A program made the position numbers and the translations under genes. From the NCBI GenBank assembly GCA_038087875.1, contig JAXLNO010000146.1, positions 434,001 to 498,000 on the forward strand: a stretch of DNA of 64,000 nucleotides, read 5' to 3'. How positions within the stretch are numbered: position 1 is the stretch's first letter; every line of letters starts with the position of its first letter. Origin of the DNA: Malacoraja senta. Its lineage: Eukaryota. Positions 40,302 to 52,844 of the stretch are shown here, one piece after another. The notes below the pieces were generated by a model. The model was given only the letters and a program-made list of their open reading frames with translations, searched no databases and was not told the origin of the DNA.

Positions 40302-41265
40302 ATGAGCGGCCAGGAGATGTGCCAATACTGTGAGATGTGGGAATTTGTCGACACCATTGATGTAGATGATCCCTACAGCTGCAGTAAGTGTTTGAGGCTA
40401 GCGGAACTCGAGCTCCGCATTGATGAGCTGGAGACCCAACTTCATACGCTGCGGTGCATCAGGGGGGGGGAGTATTACCTGGATGTTTTGTGCCAGGGGA
40501 TGGTCACACCGACCAGTTTAATGAATTCAGTAGTTAGTGAGCAGGGAAAGGAAGGTGTGGCCATAAGCGAGGCAGGTAGGGGGAACCAGGAGGAGATGCG
40601 GCAGGAGCCACAGCCCTTGTCCCTGACGAGCATGATCGAGGCTCTTACTCAATGTGAGGACGGGATCAGGGGCTGTGGGAGGGATGAGCAACCTGGCTGC
40701 AGCACCGTGGATCAGGGGGCCATTCAAGAGGGGGGAGTTAGAAGAAATGCCGTTGTGATAGGGGATAGTATTATTCGGGGGGTAGATAAGGTTCTCTGCG
40801 GCCAGCAGAACATGTCCCGAAGGCTGTGTTGCCTACCCGGTGCTAAGGTTAAGGATATCTCTGCGATGCTGGAGAGAAATTTGCAGAGTGAGGGGGAGGA
40901 TCCAGTGGTCGTGGTCCATGTGGGGACCAATGACATAGGAAGGACGAGGAAGGACGAGGAAGGAGGATCTGCTGAACGAGTTTGAGCAGTTAGGGAATAA
41001 ATTAAAAAGCAGAACCTCGAGGGTACTGATCTCCGGATTGCTACCTGAGCCACGGGCCAAATCGGCGAGGGTACGTAAAATTAAAAAGCTGAATGCGTGG
41101 CTCAAAGACTGGTGTGGGAAAAATGGGTTTGGTTTCTTGGGCCACTGGCACCAGTACTGGGACAGGGGGGATCTGTTCTGTAAGGACGGACTTCACCTGA
41201 ACGGTGCTGGGACTGGGGTCCTGGCAAATCATATAACTAGGGCAGTAGAGAGGTCTTTAAACTAA
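40302..41265 (+). pseudogene. CR1 ORF1 (Zn finger + SGNH esterase-like), frameshifted by a 10-bp duplication
   Basis: CQYCEMW..CSKC, GDSIIRG, HVGTND, DGLHLN; AGGACGAGGA is duplicated at 40941-40960. Confidence 0.88.
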
Positions 41266-41354
41266 GTAGCGGGGGGGAGGTATCAAGGGGGGTAATAAAG
41301 GCAGGGGTAGAGGAAATAGAGCAGGGTATCAGTGGGGAAACGGAAAATCAAAAT

Positions 41355-44249
41355 GTGACAGGAGGATCCAGAATGTGTGAAGATAAAGCTCTAGATGTAA
41401 AAGGGGCAAAAACAGAAAGGAAGGGTAGTAAAAATCATCTGAAAGTGCTGTATCTAAATGCACGGAGTATTCGAAATAAGATAAATGAATTAACGGTGCA
41501 ATTAAGTATATATAGTTATGATATCGTGGCCATTACGGAGACATGGCTGCAAGGGGATCAGGATTGGGAGTTAAATATAGAGGGGTACACGACAATTAGA
41601 AAAGATAGACAGGAAAGAAAGGGAGGAGGGGTGGCCCTTTTAATAAGGGAGGGAATAACGGCAATAGAGAGGAAGGATATTGCGTTGAAGGATCAGGATA
41701 GTGAAACAGCTTGGGTACAGATAGAGAATAACAAGGGGAAAAAAACACTAGTGGGTGTAATTTATAGACCTCCAAATAGCTGTGACGCTGTTAGTCAGAA
41801 CATAAATCTGCAAATAGTTGACGCATGTAAAAAGGGAACTGCTGTAATCATGGGGGACTTCAATTTTCATATTAATTGGGCAAACCAAACTGGGCAGGGT
41901 AGACTAGAGGAAGAGTTTATAGAATGTATTAGAGACGGGTTCCTAGAACAGTATGTCACAGAACCGACAAGGGGGGAGGCAATCTTGGATCTGGTCCTGT
42001 GTAATGAAGCAGGATTAATTAAAAATGTCATAGTTAGGGACTCGTTGGGAACAAGTGACCACAATATGGTCGAATTCCATATTCAAATAGAAGGGGAGCA
42101 GGTTGAAACTCAGGCTAGGGTACTTAGTTTAAATAAGGGGGATTATGAAGGTATGAGGACTGAGCTGATCAAAGTTGACTGGGATAGCAGACTCAAGAAT
42201 AAGACGGTACATGAGCAGTGGTGTACGTTTAAGGATCTACTGTATAACCTTCAAGAAAAATTTATTCCTATGAAGAAAAAAAGGGGTAAGGGAAAGAACA
42301 GTCAGCCATGGCTCAGTAAAACTATAAAGGATAGTATTCGGCTGAAGGCAAGGGCATATAAGGTAGCCAGAGATAGTGGGAGGGTAGAGGATTGGGAAGC
42401 ATTTAAAGGTCAGCAAAAAATAACTAAGAGATTAATCAAGACGGGGAAAATAGACTATGAAAGGAATTTAGCGAACAACATAAAAACTAATAGTAAGAGT
42501 TTTTATAGCTATATAAAAAGAAAAAGGGTGGCTAAGGTGAACGTTGGTCCATTGGAGGGTGAGACTGGAGAGTTGTTGGTGGGGAACATGGAAATGGCAA
42601 AGGCATTAAACAAGTATTTTGTATCAGTCTTCACCATAGAAGACACAAAAAATATTCCAACGCTGGATAAACAGGGGGCGGTAGGAATGGAGGAGCTAAA
42701 TACTATTAAGATCACCAAGGAGGTGGTATTAGGGAAATTAATGAGACTGAAGGAGGATAAATCCCCTGGGCCTGATGGATTACATCCAAGGGTCTTGAGG
42801 GAGATAGCGGTGGGGATTGTGGATGCATTGGTGATAATTTTCCAAAACTCCCTGGAGGCAGGAACGGTCCCAGTGGATTGGAAAATGGCCAATGTAACAC
42901 CTATATTTAAAAAAGGAAGTAAACAGAAGGCGGGTAACTATAGACCGGTTAGTCTAACATCGGTGGTGGGTAAAATGTTAGAGACAATTATTAAAGAAAC
43001 ACTAACGGGGCACTTGGATAAACATGACTTCATCGGACAGAACCAGCATGGTTTTGTGAAGGGGAAGTCCTGTTTAACGAATCTGCTCGAATTCTTTGAG
43101 GAAGTAACAACCCGGGTGGATAAAGGGGAACCGGTGGATGTGGTATACTTGGACTTCCAAAAGGCTTTTGACAAGGTGCCACATAAGAGACTATTGCTAA
43201 AAATAAAAAATTATGGGATTGGGGGTAATATATTAGCATGGGTAGAGGATTGGCTAACAAATAGGAAGCAGAGAGTGGGGATAAATGGTTCATACTCGGG
43301 ATGGCAACCGGTAACTAGCGGGGTTCCGCAAGGGTCGGTGCTGGGACCCCAGTTGTTCACAATTTATATAAATGATTTGGAGGAGGGAACCAAGTGTAAT
43401 ATATCAAAATTTGCGGACGATACAAAAATGGGAGGAAAAGTAGGGGATGAGGAGGATAGGAAGAGTCTGCAAAAGGATATAGATAAGCTAGGTGAGTGGG
43501 CAACAACTTGGCAGATGAAATTTAATACTAATAAATGTGAAGTCATTCACTTTGGGAAAAAAAATGATAGGGCAAGTTATTTTCTAAATGAGGTGGAGCT
43601 GCGTTGTAATGCAACGCAAAGGGATCTAGGGGTAGTAGTACATGAATCACTAAAAGTTAGTATGCAGGTGCAGCAAGCAATCAGGAAGGCCAATGGAGTT
43701 TTGGCCTTTATTGCTAGGGGGATTGAGTATAAAAACACGGAGGTCTTGCTGCAGCTGTACACAGTATTAGTGAGACCACATTTGGAATACTGTGTACAGT
43801 TCTGGGGTCCATACTTAAGAAAGGATGTACTGGCCCTGGAGGCAGTGCAGCGAAGGTTTACAAGATTAATTCCTGCAATGAGGGGATTGACATATGAGGA
43901 AAGGTTAAGTAGGCTGGAACTCTACTCTTTGGAGTTTAGAAGAATGAGAGGCGATCTCATTGAAACATATAAGATCGTGAGGGGCCTTGATCGGGTGGAT
44001 GCACCGAGGATGTTCCCAATGATCGGGGAAACTAGAACTAGGGGACATAGTTGTAGAATAAGGGGGGGTTCTTTTAAAACTGAGATGAGGAAGAACTTCT
44101 TCACCCAGAGGGTGGTTAATTTATGGAATTCACTGCCCCAGGGAGCAGTGGAAGCAGAAACATTAAATATATTTAAGTCTAAAATAGATGGTTTTTTAGC
44201 TGCCAAGGGGATAAGGGGCTACGGGGAGAGGGCAGGGATATGGACCTAG
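41355..44249 (+). CDS. CR1 ORF2 endonuclease/reverse transcriptase, intact (964 aa as called)
   Basis: NARS, ITETW, GDFN, SDH; LDFQKAFD, GVPQGSVLGP, FADD; no stops. Confidence 0.95.
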   Translation: MTGGSRMCEDKALDVKGAKTERKGSKNHLKVLYLNARSIRNKINELTVQLSIYSYDIVAITETWLQGDQDWELNIEGYTTIRKDRQERKGGGVALLIREGITAIERKDIALKDQDSETAWVQIENNKGKKTLVGVIYRPPNSCDAVSQNINLQIVDACKKGTAVIMGDFNFHINWANQTGQGRLEEEFIECIRDGFLEQYVTEPTRGEAILDLVLCNEAGLIKNVIVRDSLGTSDHNMVEFHIQIEGEQVETQARVLSLNKGDYEGMRTELIKVDWDSRLKNKTVHEQWCTFKDLLYNLQEKFIPMKKKRGKGKNSQPWLSKTIKDSIRLKARAYKVARDSGRVEDWEAFKGQQKITKRLIKTGKIDYERNLANNIKTNSKSFYSYIKRKRVAKVNVGPLEGETGELLVGNMEMAKALNKYFVSVFTIEDTKNIPTLDKQGAVGMEELNTIKITKEVVLGKLMRLKEDKSPGPDGLHPRVLREIAVGIVDALVIIFQNSLEAGTVPVDWKMANVTPIFKKGSKQKAGNYRPVSLTSVVGKMLETIIKETLTGHLDKHDFIGQNQHGFVKGKSCLTNLLEFFEEVTTRVDKGEPVDVVYLDFQKAFDKVPHKRLLLKIKNYGIGGNILAWVEDWLTNRKQRVGINGSYSGWQPVTSGVPQGSVLGPQLFTIYINDLEEGTKCNISKFADDTKMGGKVGDEEDRKSLQKDIDKLGEWATTWQMKFNTNKCEVIHFGKKNDRASYFLNEVELRCNATQRDLGVVVHESLKVSMQVQQAIRKANGVLAFIARGIEYKNTEVLLQLYTVLVRPHLEYCVQFWGPYLRKDVLALEAVQRRFTRLIPAMRGLTYEERLSRLELYSLEFRRMRGDLIETYKIVRGLDRVDAPRMFPMIGETRTRGHSCRIRGGSFKTEMRKNFFTQRVVNLWNSLPQGAVEAETLNIFKSKIDGFLAAKGIRGYGERAGIWT

Positions 44250-45154
44250 GTATGGTTAGTATAGTAAGACCTGAGTGATCTCCTGGACAAGTGTCGATCG
44301 CCTGGATTGGGGTCGGAGAGGAATTTCCCGGATTTTTTTCCCGAATTGGACCTGGGTTTTTATCCGGTTTTTTGCCTCCCCCAGGAGATCACGCGGTTCT
44401 TGGGGTGGAGAGGGGTGATAGCGGTATAAAGGGGAGGGTAGTGTCTTGTGTTCTGTGTCTTGTGTCTACTGTTTGTGGGTAAGGGTGTCTGTTTAGTGTT
44501 CAGCCATGAGCGAATGGCGGTGCGGGCTCGATGGGCCTGGTGGTCTACTCTCGCACCTACTTTCTATGTTTCTATGTTTCTATGTTTCAAGCTCTTTCTA
44601 TTTTCATTCCATGCAGTTGATTTTGCATAGCTTCATTATACGAAGAACAAGTAAACGTACGGCGGCTTGCTGCTGAGCATTATCGATCTTAACTGATTTT
44701 AACTTTAGACTTCACGGCCGAAATAAAAAAAACAACGGTTTGATGGACGCTGTTCTCTGTATTCTGTAACTCTCGCTAAAGAATGTCAGTCATGTGTGCG
44801 AGTCCGTGCGCATGCTATGATCGCAGGTGCCTCATCTGTCTGATAACTTACCGCGAAATAAAACATGCAAATCGAGGGATGCTGTCGGTGAGTTTCCATA
44901 AAACACACGTCTTTTTATTTCCATTGTGAATGCTCAGCTAAATTAGCTCACGGTTTACTGAGGCTGAGCAACGTGGTTTCTTTTACAGCATTGTAACATT
45001 TAAATACAAGTTGCACAAAGTGAAACTGTCTAATGGTCCTGATTTGACCTAGATTTGACAGCAGGAAAAACAAAATTCGCCGTTGCATTTCAGGAAGATT
45101 TAATTTTTACATTCAGCAGACATTCAGTAGAAAGGTAAAACACTTGTTGCTTTT

Positions 45155-45230
45155 AGACACAAAATGCTGGAGTAACTCAGCGGGACAGGCAGCATCTCTG
45201 GAGAGAAGGAATGGGTGACGTTTTGGGTCA
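45155..45230 (-). mobile_element. Short Penelope-terminal-repeat-derived fragment
   Basis: AGACACAAAATGCTGGAGTAACTCAGCGGG..GCAGCATCT is similar to 20535-20605 and 50361-50515. Confidence 0.65.
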
Positions 45231-46479
45231 CCTGTTGCTTTTAGACTGTTTTGCCAGATTTAATCGCTAACATTTTTGTTCTTATCGCCGAGAGGGTATT
45301 GAAGTGTTGAGGATCCATCTGCAAACTGCGATGGGTTGTGTAGCGGAGATTATGGCATGCTCCAAGTTTTGTAGTTTGGGTCGAGACTACGCCTAATCAC
45401 TTCCAAGAGCACGCTCTCTCTTTACTCATGATGTTGCTGATCACCAAAAGTGTATTAGATGCGGTACCTCGACATTATTGAGCTGAGATGTCGTATGTTC
45501 GCATTTAACCCATCAGACATACAGCAGTCACAGCTCGAGAAATTGCATCGTGTTGCTTCTTTAAATGGTTAAATATTTGCAAGTGTTCGAGATTATCAAA
45601 CCGGAATTCAACCTCTTCCTAGAGCCCTTCAACACGTGTTGTCGGACGACCAACAGGGTTATTCCGGGGATGCGCACGCAGACCACTAGCGCATGGGTCT
45701 TACATTTATGTTTCCCAATGAATTCGTCTTGCAGGATAGACAACGATCCCACGCATTTAGTGGTTTGCAAACTGCAAATTTTTAGCAGGAGAATGCTAAC
45801 CTGTCAGTCAGTAGAGCGGGTCGGGATGTACTTGTGTTGAAAGCCGATCATGACGGTTGAAGCTGTAAACTTATCGACAGGTTGTGCCTCTGCCGTTGAG
45901 TTGTGTTGCCCGGTTTTTGTTGGCTCTGGAGCAACGGTCTGCCATCTGTGATTGACTGAATTTCAAAGCGTCAAGACACCACCGAAATAAAACTGGCGAT
46001 AAATGTTAAGTATCAAAGGTTGTCTGGCTTTTCGAAAGTCTGGACCTCGGTCCATGATATGTGTGCCGAATTCATGTGTGAATCGCATCCGCCGCACAGC
46101 CTATGTAGCGGATATCAGACGTCAGCCTGCTTGGTCAGCCATATCGGAAATGAATGTGTGTACGTGTACTCTAAGGGGAGAGAAATGGACAGCAGGTTGC
46201 CATGAAAATGTTAACGATTGTCCCTGCTAATTTGTTACAGTAGAGGAACAGAATGAGGAATGTGAGAAGTGTGTATGCAGAGGGGGGCAACAATGTACAT
46301 GCTGCTGTGAGCTCTAAATGTCACATTTGCAGATAAACTGCGAAAATTAAATCTGTGTGATTATCAGTGGGGAGGCGCGGTTTCCACGAGATAAACTAAG
46401 GTAACATGAGTGCCAAACACGTGACAAATAACATCTGAAATTAATAAGTATCTCTAAACATCCTTGGTCGACGGGTATC

Positions 46480-46960
46480 CAGCTGCAAATGGGCTTTGGA
46501 CTTCAGGCCAGGCAGGCTCCTATCACGTGGAATTGGTTTTACCGTCTCTACAAGGATAGCCCACAATACTTGCTACTGCTCGGAGCTGTGTGCTCAGTCC
46601 ATGCTCTACTCCAAATACACCCATGTGTGTTTGACCACGTACAACGGTAACTCGGTGTTTATGTATGCCGATGATGCCACTGCTGACGGGCACTTCTACA
46701 AGAATGATGAGACGAAATAGAGGAAGGAAATCCGGTACATAGTGTCATTAAGTCAGGACACTATCTAGCCGTTAACATCTCGGCGACACAGTTGCATGTG
46801 AACTAAAGGAAGCGGAGAGGACAAACACGTGTTATGTGGCATTAATATCACCAAAACAATAGCTGGTTCCTTCACGGAGATGCGATAACAACAAAGCGCA
46901 ACAGTGTGTTCACTTTATGAGAAGTCTGAGAATTAAAAGGGGTCCAACCGTAAACCTGTG
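46480..46960 (+). mobile_element. Old LINE RT remnant
   Basis: LSPCSTP/LYSKYTH..FMYADDAT remnants resemble the LYSLYTNDC..KFADDT region of the element at 53091-53411. Confidence 0.55.
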
Positions 46961-47091
46961 TAAAATAGTTTGTTATTCCAAAGTGTTATAGGCAAGAAAA
47001 ACTCGTACACGCATGACAAATTGAAGCAAATGAATATATATTTCGCGGGTTATTGCTCGTTCGTAATTCAATTTTCTTCTTTTGGTTGCAG

Positions 47092-48029
47092 CAAATTTGG
47101 TGGCAATCCTTATCCTGTCGTCTGGAAAGTGCGGCCTCCCTAGATGTGTCATCCAGTATCTGAAATCAATGGCGGTAGCTGATCTAATGGTACTGGTTTC
47201 CGATGTAATTCTCTATGAGATTAAAGAGGCATATTTTCCGCATTCATTCACCCCCATTTGCAGTTTTGATATTACACTGATTTATATTTCGGTCGATTGT
47301 TCCGTCTGGCTGACTGTCACTTTTACATTCGATCGATTTGTTGCTATATGTTGCCAGTCGTTGCGTTCAAAATATTGTACCATGAAGACGGCATTGAAAG
47401 CAATAACAGCGGTGTTTATGTTGAGTATTTTAGAAAATATTCCAATCTACTTTATATTTGAACCACGTGAAGTAATTAATGATGTACCATGGTCCTGTTA
47501 TGTAATATCAAGTTTCTACACATCACCCACCTGGGTCGCGTATTTATGGGTTGAAACACTCTTAACCCCATTTGCGCCATTTGTGTTGATTCTTCTGCTT
47601 AATACCTTGACCATAAAGCATATTATCATGGCCAACAGAGTCAGGAGCAAGCTCCGAGGGAGTAATAGAGAGGCGTGTCAGACTGATCAAGAGACTGAGA
47701 ACAGAAGGAAATCGATGATTTTACTCGTTGCAATATCTGGCAACTTTATTTTCTTATGGATGGTAAACCTTGTGTGCTTCATCTGTGTACAGTTTACAGA
47801 TACTCAATTATTGGAAACAGATTACAACGACTCGTTCACCATTGCGGAAAGAAGTGGCTATGGGCTGAGGGGTTTGAGTACTTGCACAAACACTTTCATT
47901 TATGCAGTTTCTCAGAGACACTTCAGAGAGGAACTGAAGAATGTAATTTCACGTCCCTTTCTTGCCATTGCTAATATATTCAAACGTTTGAACACAAAAC
48001 TAACTTTATCCAAATATGTAATCAAGTGA
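47092..48029 (+). CDS. GPR139/GPR142-like class A GPCR, coding exon 2 (TM1 end to C terminus)
   Basis: Acceptor TTTTCTTCTTTTGGTTGCAG|; ANLVAILILSSGKCGL, MAVADL, CSVWLTVTFTFDRFVAIC, ENRRKS..LL.AIS, STCTNTFIY; open to TGA; AATAAA at 48141. Confidence 0.93.
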
Positions 48030-48239
48030 TAATTTGCGAGGCACACATATATATCTGTAACATGTAATAGGATTTGTCGTGGTATCCCTTTCCACAATTT
48101 CTTGGGATTTTGTTTCCCTATTTAGTTACCATGAACCAATAATAAACCAAAGTGATATTTTTGAAATATAATGTACGGTCATTGAAATAGTATATTTGTT
48201 TCCATTTACTCGTCCCATTTATGACGACAACTTAGTTTG

Positions 48240-49430
48240 AAGTCCATTGTCTACCATCAGAAACAGAAAATCGTTCAAGTCAGTATAATATTATAAACCG
48301 GGCGGAATTAAAGACAGACGGAATTTTAAAAATAACGTTTTGTGGCCTGACGGACGCCAAGGGTAACTGAAAATTTAAATGATGTTCCTTCCCACTGAGC
48401 TGATGTAAACTTTTAACAACGATATCATCCAACCTTAAACACAGTTCCTCTTCTTTTTGCCTTTCAATTCTGCACGTGCCTCTTATAATTTCATATAACT
48501 GTATCAGGTCGTCCCGGTTTTCCCATTTCTCGGCATCCATTGCCGCAATGCATTTGCCTTCTTTACCCACAAGTATTTGCTTTCGCAAAATTCCTCACTT
48601 CTCACATCTCGGGATAAAATTCACGTGCAATGTTCTGTCAAGGTTTCTATCTGTTCGATATTCAGCTGCAGGCTCAGTTAATTTTCCTCGCGGTCCACAA
48701 CATCCATGTTTTTCCTGTCATCCTCAAACTCGCTAATCATATATCCAACATACGCACCGAATTAGCAATTTTATGAAAAAAAGCAAAGATCCATCACCGA
48801 TCTAAAGTCCACCGGTGGCTGCATATTTTCTAATGAGATAATAAATCTTCCACCACCACCCCGGGGCCTTATCTCAAAAATGACAACATTGCATTGATCT
48901 CCCTGTGAAATAGACTACTGGCCTATTCTACATTGTGAGATCTTGACAAATGCCTGAATAAAATTAATTTAGGCATTGTTCACTGCCTTCATCCATATTA
49001 TTAAATGCCGCAATATTTGTGAAGTGTTCCCACGCACAATTACATGCTGACTATACCCGATGAGACATTGCTTCAGATTTAACGCTCCTTGGACCATAAG
49101 ACTTTCAGACATTGGAGCACAATTAAGTTATTCGACCCGTCGACTCTGCCAGTCGATCATGGCGAATTTTCTTTCCTTCTCAACCGCATTCTCCTTCATT
49201 CTCTCGGTAGCTTTGGACGTCCTTACTGATCAAGGGCATTTGTATCAGTTATCGGTTTATAAAGTACCATATGTTCTGACCTCTACAGCCATTTGTGGCA
49301 AAGACTTTCAAATATGCACTGCGTTCTGGCTAAACAATCTCCTCTTTTGACCACTATAATCCTTATTCATTCAATGACTTCTAAGTGCACTCCATACCTT
49401 GATATGATCCATAATAGGTAAATAAACTTT
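48240..49430 (-). mobile_element. Highly decayed CR1-like remnants
   Basis: Residual similarity such as DDLIQLYEIIRG on the minus strand; patchy. Confidence 0.5.
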
Positions 49431-49966
49431 TGTTACCCTGCTACAACATCATTAAATGTTTGCACAGTTGCCGGAAAGGAAAGTGCAAAGTACTGTAATG
49501 GAATAAAAGAAAAACGTGGAAGCTAAAACCTTTTATATTTCTCCACCCGAACGTTGACTGTTGCTCGTCCCACAGATATTGGTTCTCCAGCATTTACTGT
49601 TTCCAGTTCAGATCAGCACATTTGTTACGATCTTCACCTTACTATCTGAATGAAGGTGGCAATTGTATAGTTTAACAACCTGGGACTCCTAAACTAATAT
49701 GAAGCAAAGAATAGGTTGTGTAAACAGACCCGTACGAAGCTTTACAAAATGGGGGGTGGCATGACAGGATTACAAAAAAACGAATGTAAAATAATGTGTG
49801 CGCTGCGCACATCACGAGCGCGAAGCGTGAAGTCCCTCGATGCCAGGGTCCAGGGCCCGCTTAAGGGCGCAGGAAGCTCAGGGGTTTTAGATGCTCTCTG
49901 ATGCATCCTGAGCCTTATTTTGGAGCGTTTTTGCAGCAAATCTATGACCAATATTTCAGAAATGTA

Positions 49967-52810
49967 CAGGAATCTGAGAGGTAGCTTTTTCACACAAAGG
50001 GCGGTGGGTGTATGGAACGAACTGCCAGAGGAGGTAGTTAAGGCTGGGACTATCCTAATATTTAAGAGACATTTTGACACGTATATGGAAAGGACAGGTT
50101 TAGATGGATATGGGCCAAACGCGTGTGAGTGGGTCTAGTGTAGATGGGACATGTTGGTCGGTGTGGGCAAGTTAGGCTGAAGGGCCTGTTTCCACACTGC
50201 ACCACTCTATGACTAAAAAGTTAAGAAGAAAAATGCATGTAGATAAGTAGAGCAGATTTGAAAGAGGAGTGAAATGTAAAGGCAGAGAGAGGTTTATGGG
50301 TGGAAAGGAACATAGGAAAGGAGGGGGGGGTGGGCTTGGGCAGATGGATGAACGGAAAATAGACACAAAGTGCTGGAGTAACTCAGTGGGTCAGGCAGCA
50401 TCTGTGGAGAACATGGATGGGTGACGTTTCACGGAGTGCTGGAGTAACTCAGTGGGTCAGGCAGCATCTCTGGAGAAAAGGTATAGATTATATTTCGAGT
50501 CAAGCCCCTTCTTCAGTAATATGCATGATGTGACATGCATAGACATTCCTGCATGTCACCCAAACCATCGTGAACTGCTTTGTGACGGTGCTTGCCCTTT
50601 CCTACAACGTCTCTGCTGCATTGGGTGACGCAGGACAGGACACGAGCTTTGGGACATGGTGTGAAGCTGTTGCAGTATGTCCCAGCCTGGTAAAAGCCTG
50701 GATGGAGTGGATGTGGAGAGGAAGTTTCCACGAGTGGGAGAGTCTAGGACCAGTGGCCACAGCCTCAGAATTAAAAGACGTTCCTTTAGGAAGGATATGA
50801 GCAGAGGGTGGTGAACTGTGGAATTCATTGCCACAGACAGCTGTGGAGGCAAGTGGACATTTTTCAGAAGGAGATTGATAGATTCGTGATTGATACGTGT
50901 GTCAGAGGTAATGGGGAGGGCAGGAGAATGGGTTTGAGAGGGAAAGATATATAGTCATAGAGTGATACAGTGTGGAAACAGGCCCTTCGGCCCAGCATGT
51001 CCCATCTACACTAGTCCCACCTGCCCACGTTTGATCCATATCCCTCCAAACTTGTCCTATCCATGCACCTGAGTAACTGTTTCTTAAATGTTGCGGTAGT
51101 CCCTGCCCCAATTACCTCATCTGGCAGCTTGTTGCATACACCTACCACCCTTTGTGTGAAAAATATACCCCTCAGATTCCTATTAAATCTTTTCCCCTTC
51201 ATCTTAAACTTATATCCTCTGCTCCTCGATTCACCTACTCTGGGCAAAAGACTCAAGAGAGTTCAAGAGCGTTTTATTGTCATGTGTCCCTGATAGGACA
51301 ATGAAATGCTTGCTTTGCTTTAGCACACCAGAACATAGTAAGCACGAATACTGAACAGATCAGTGTGTCCATATACAATTGCATAAATATATACACACAT
51401 GAATAATTAAACTGATAAAGTGCAAATAAACAGATTATTGGTTATTAAAGTTCAGAGTTTTGTCCGAGCCGAGTTTAATAGCCTGATGGCTGTGGGGAAG
51501 TAGCTGTTCCTGAACCTGGTCGTTGCAGTTTTCAGGCTCCTGTACCTTCTACCTGAAGGTAGTGGGGAGATGAGTGTATCATGGCCCGGACCTGATCTAT
51601 TTAAATAATGATTTTATACACCTCTATTAGATCATCCCTCATCCTCCTGTGCTCCATTAAATAGATGTATGGAGTCAACCTGATCTATTCAAATCATGAT
51701 TTTATACACCTCTATTAGATCATCCCTCGTCCTCCTGTGCTCCATGAAATAGAGTCCCAGCCTACTCATCCTCTCCCTATAGCTCTCTGGCCCTCTAGTC
51801 CTTGCAACATCCTCGTAAATCTTCACTGTACCCTTTCCAGTTTGATGACATAATTCCTATAACATGGTGCCCAGAACTGAACACAATACTCTGAATGCGG
51901 CCTCGCCAACTTCTTATCCAAATGCAACATGACCTCCAACTTCTATACTCAGCCTGACCCGCTGAGTTACTCCAGCACTCTGCGAAACATCACAGAACAG
52001 GGCAAGATTAACAAGTTTGCTGATGATACAGAAGTGAGTGGTTTTGCAGATAGTGGATGTGGTTGTGAAAGATTGCGGCAGGATCTGGATCAATTAGCCA
52101 GGTGGGCAGAGGAATGGTTAATGGTTGCATGGTTGCTTGAAGGTCGAGTCGCAGGTACATCAGGTGGTCAAAAAGTATTTTGGCACTTTGGCCTTCATCA
52201 GTCAGAGTATTGAGTAAAGAGGTTGGGAGGTCATGTTGCAGTTGTATAAGACGTTCGTGAGACTGCATTTAGAATATTGTGTTCAGTTCTGGGCACCATG
52301 TTATAGGGAAGATGTCAAACTGGAAGGAGTACAGGGAAGATTTATGAGGATGTTGCCAGGACTAGAGGGTGTGAGCTATCGGGAGAGTTTGAGTAAGTTG
52401 GGACTCTATTCCATGGAGCGCAGGAGGATGAGGGGAAATCTTATAGAGGTGTACAAAATCATTAGAGTAATAGTTCGGGTAGATGCACAGTCTTTTGCCC
52501 AGAGTAGGGGAATCGAGGACTAGAGAACATAGGTTCAAGGTAAAGGGGAAAAGGTTTAATAGGAATCCGAAGGGTAACTTTTTCACACAAAGGGTGGCGG
52601 GTGTGTGGAACGAGCTGCCAGAGGAGGTAGTTGAGGTTGGGACTATCCCAGCGTTTAAGAAACAGTTAGGCAGGTACATGGATAGGACAGGTTTGGAGGG
52701 ATATGACCAAACGCAGGCAAATGGAATTAGTGTAGCTGGGACATTGTTAGCCGGTGTGGGCAAGTTGTGCCAAAGGGCCTGTTTCCACACTGTGTCACTC
52801 TATGACTATC
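49967..52810. mobile_element. Cluster of CR1 3' ends (+ 49967-50213, + 50690-50950, - 50955-51950, + 52000-52810), a Penelope-derived short repeat (50361-50515) and a LINE tail (51255-51580)
   Basis: Repeated FFTQRV.GVWN.LP peptides and CACTCTATGACT tails. Confidence 0.8.
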
Positions 52811-52844
52811 CATGTTCTCCAGAGATGCTGCCTGACCCATTGTG

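Larger units (their letters stand above)
40015..44588 (+). mobile_element. Full-length young CR1 LINE within the GPCR intron
   Basis: 5' UTR, ORF1, uninterrupted ORF2, structured 3' UTR, (TTTCTATG)n tail at ~44560-44588; 5' boundary approximate. Confidence 0.93.

Noticed and set aside
47082..47091. TTG start making the GPCR a single-exon gene
   Set aside because: It lies in the polypyrimidine/AG acceptor and would truncate TM1; a matching upstream exon exists at 39597
51585..51750. ~89-bp direct duplication (and a similar one at 50371-50475)
   Set aside because: Ordinary local duplications within decayed repeats; no sign of function
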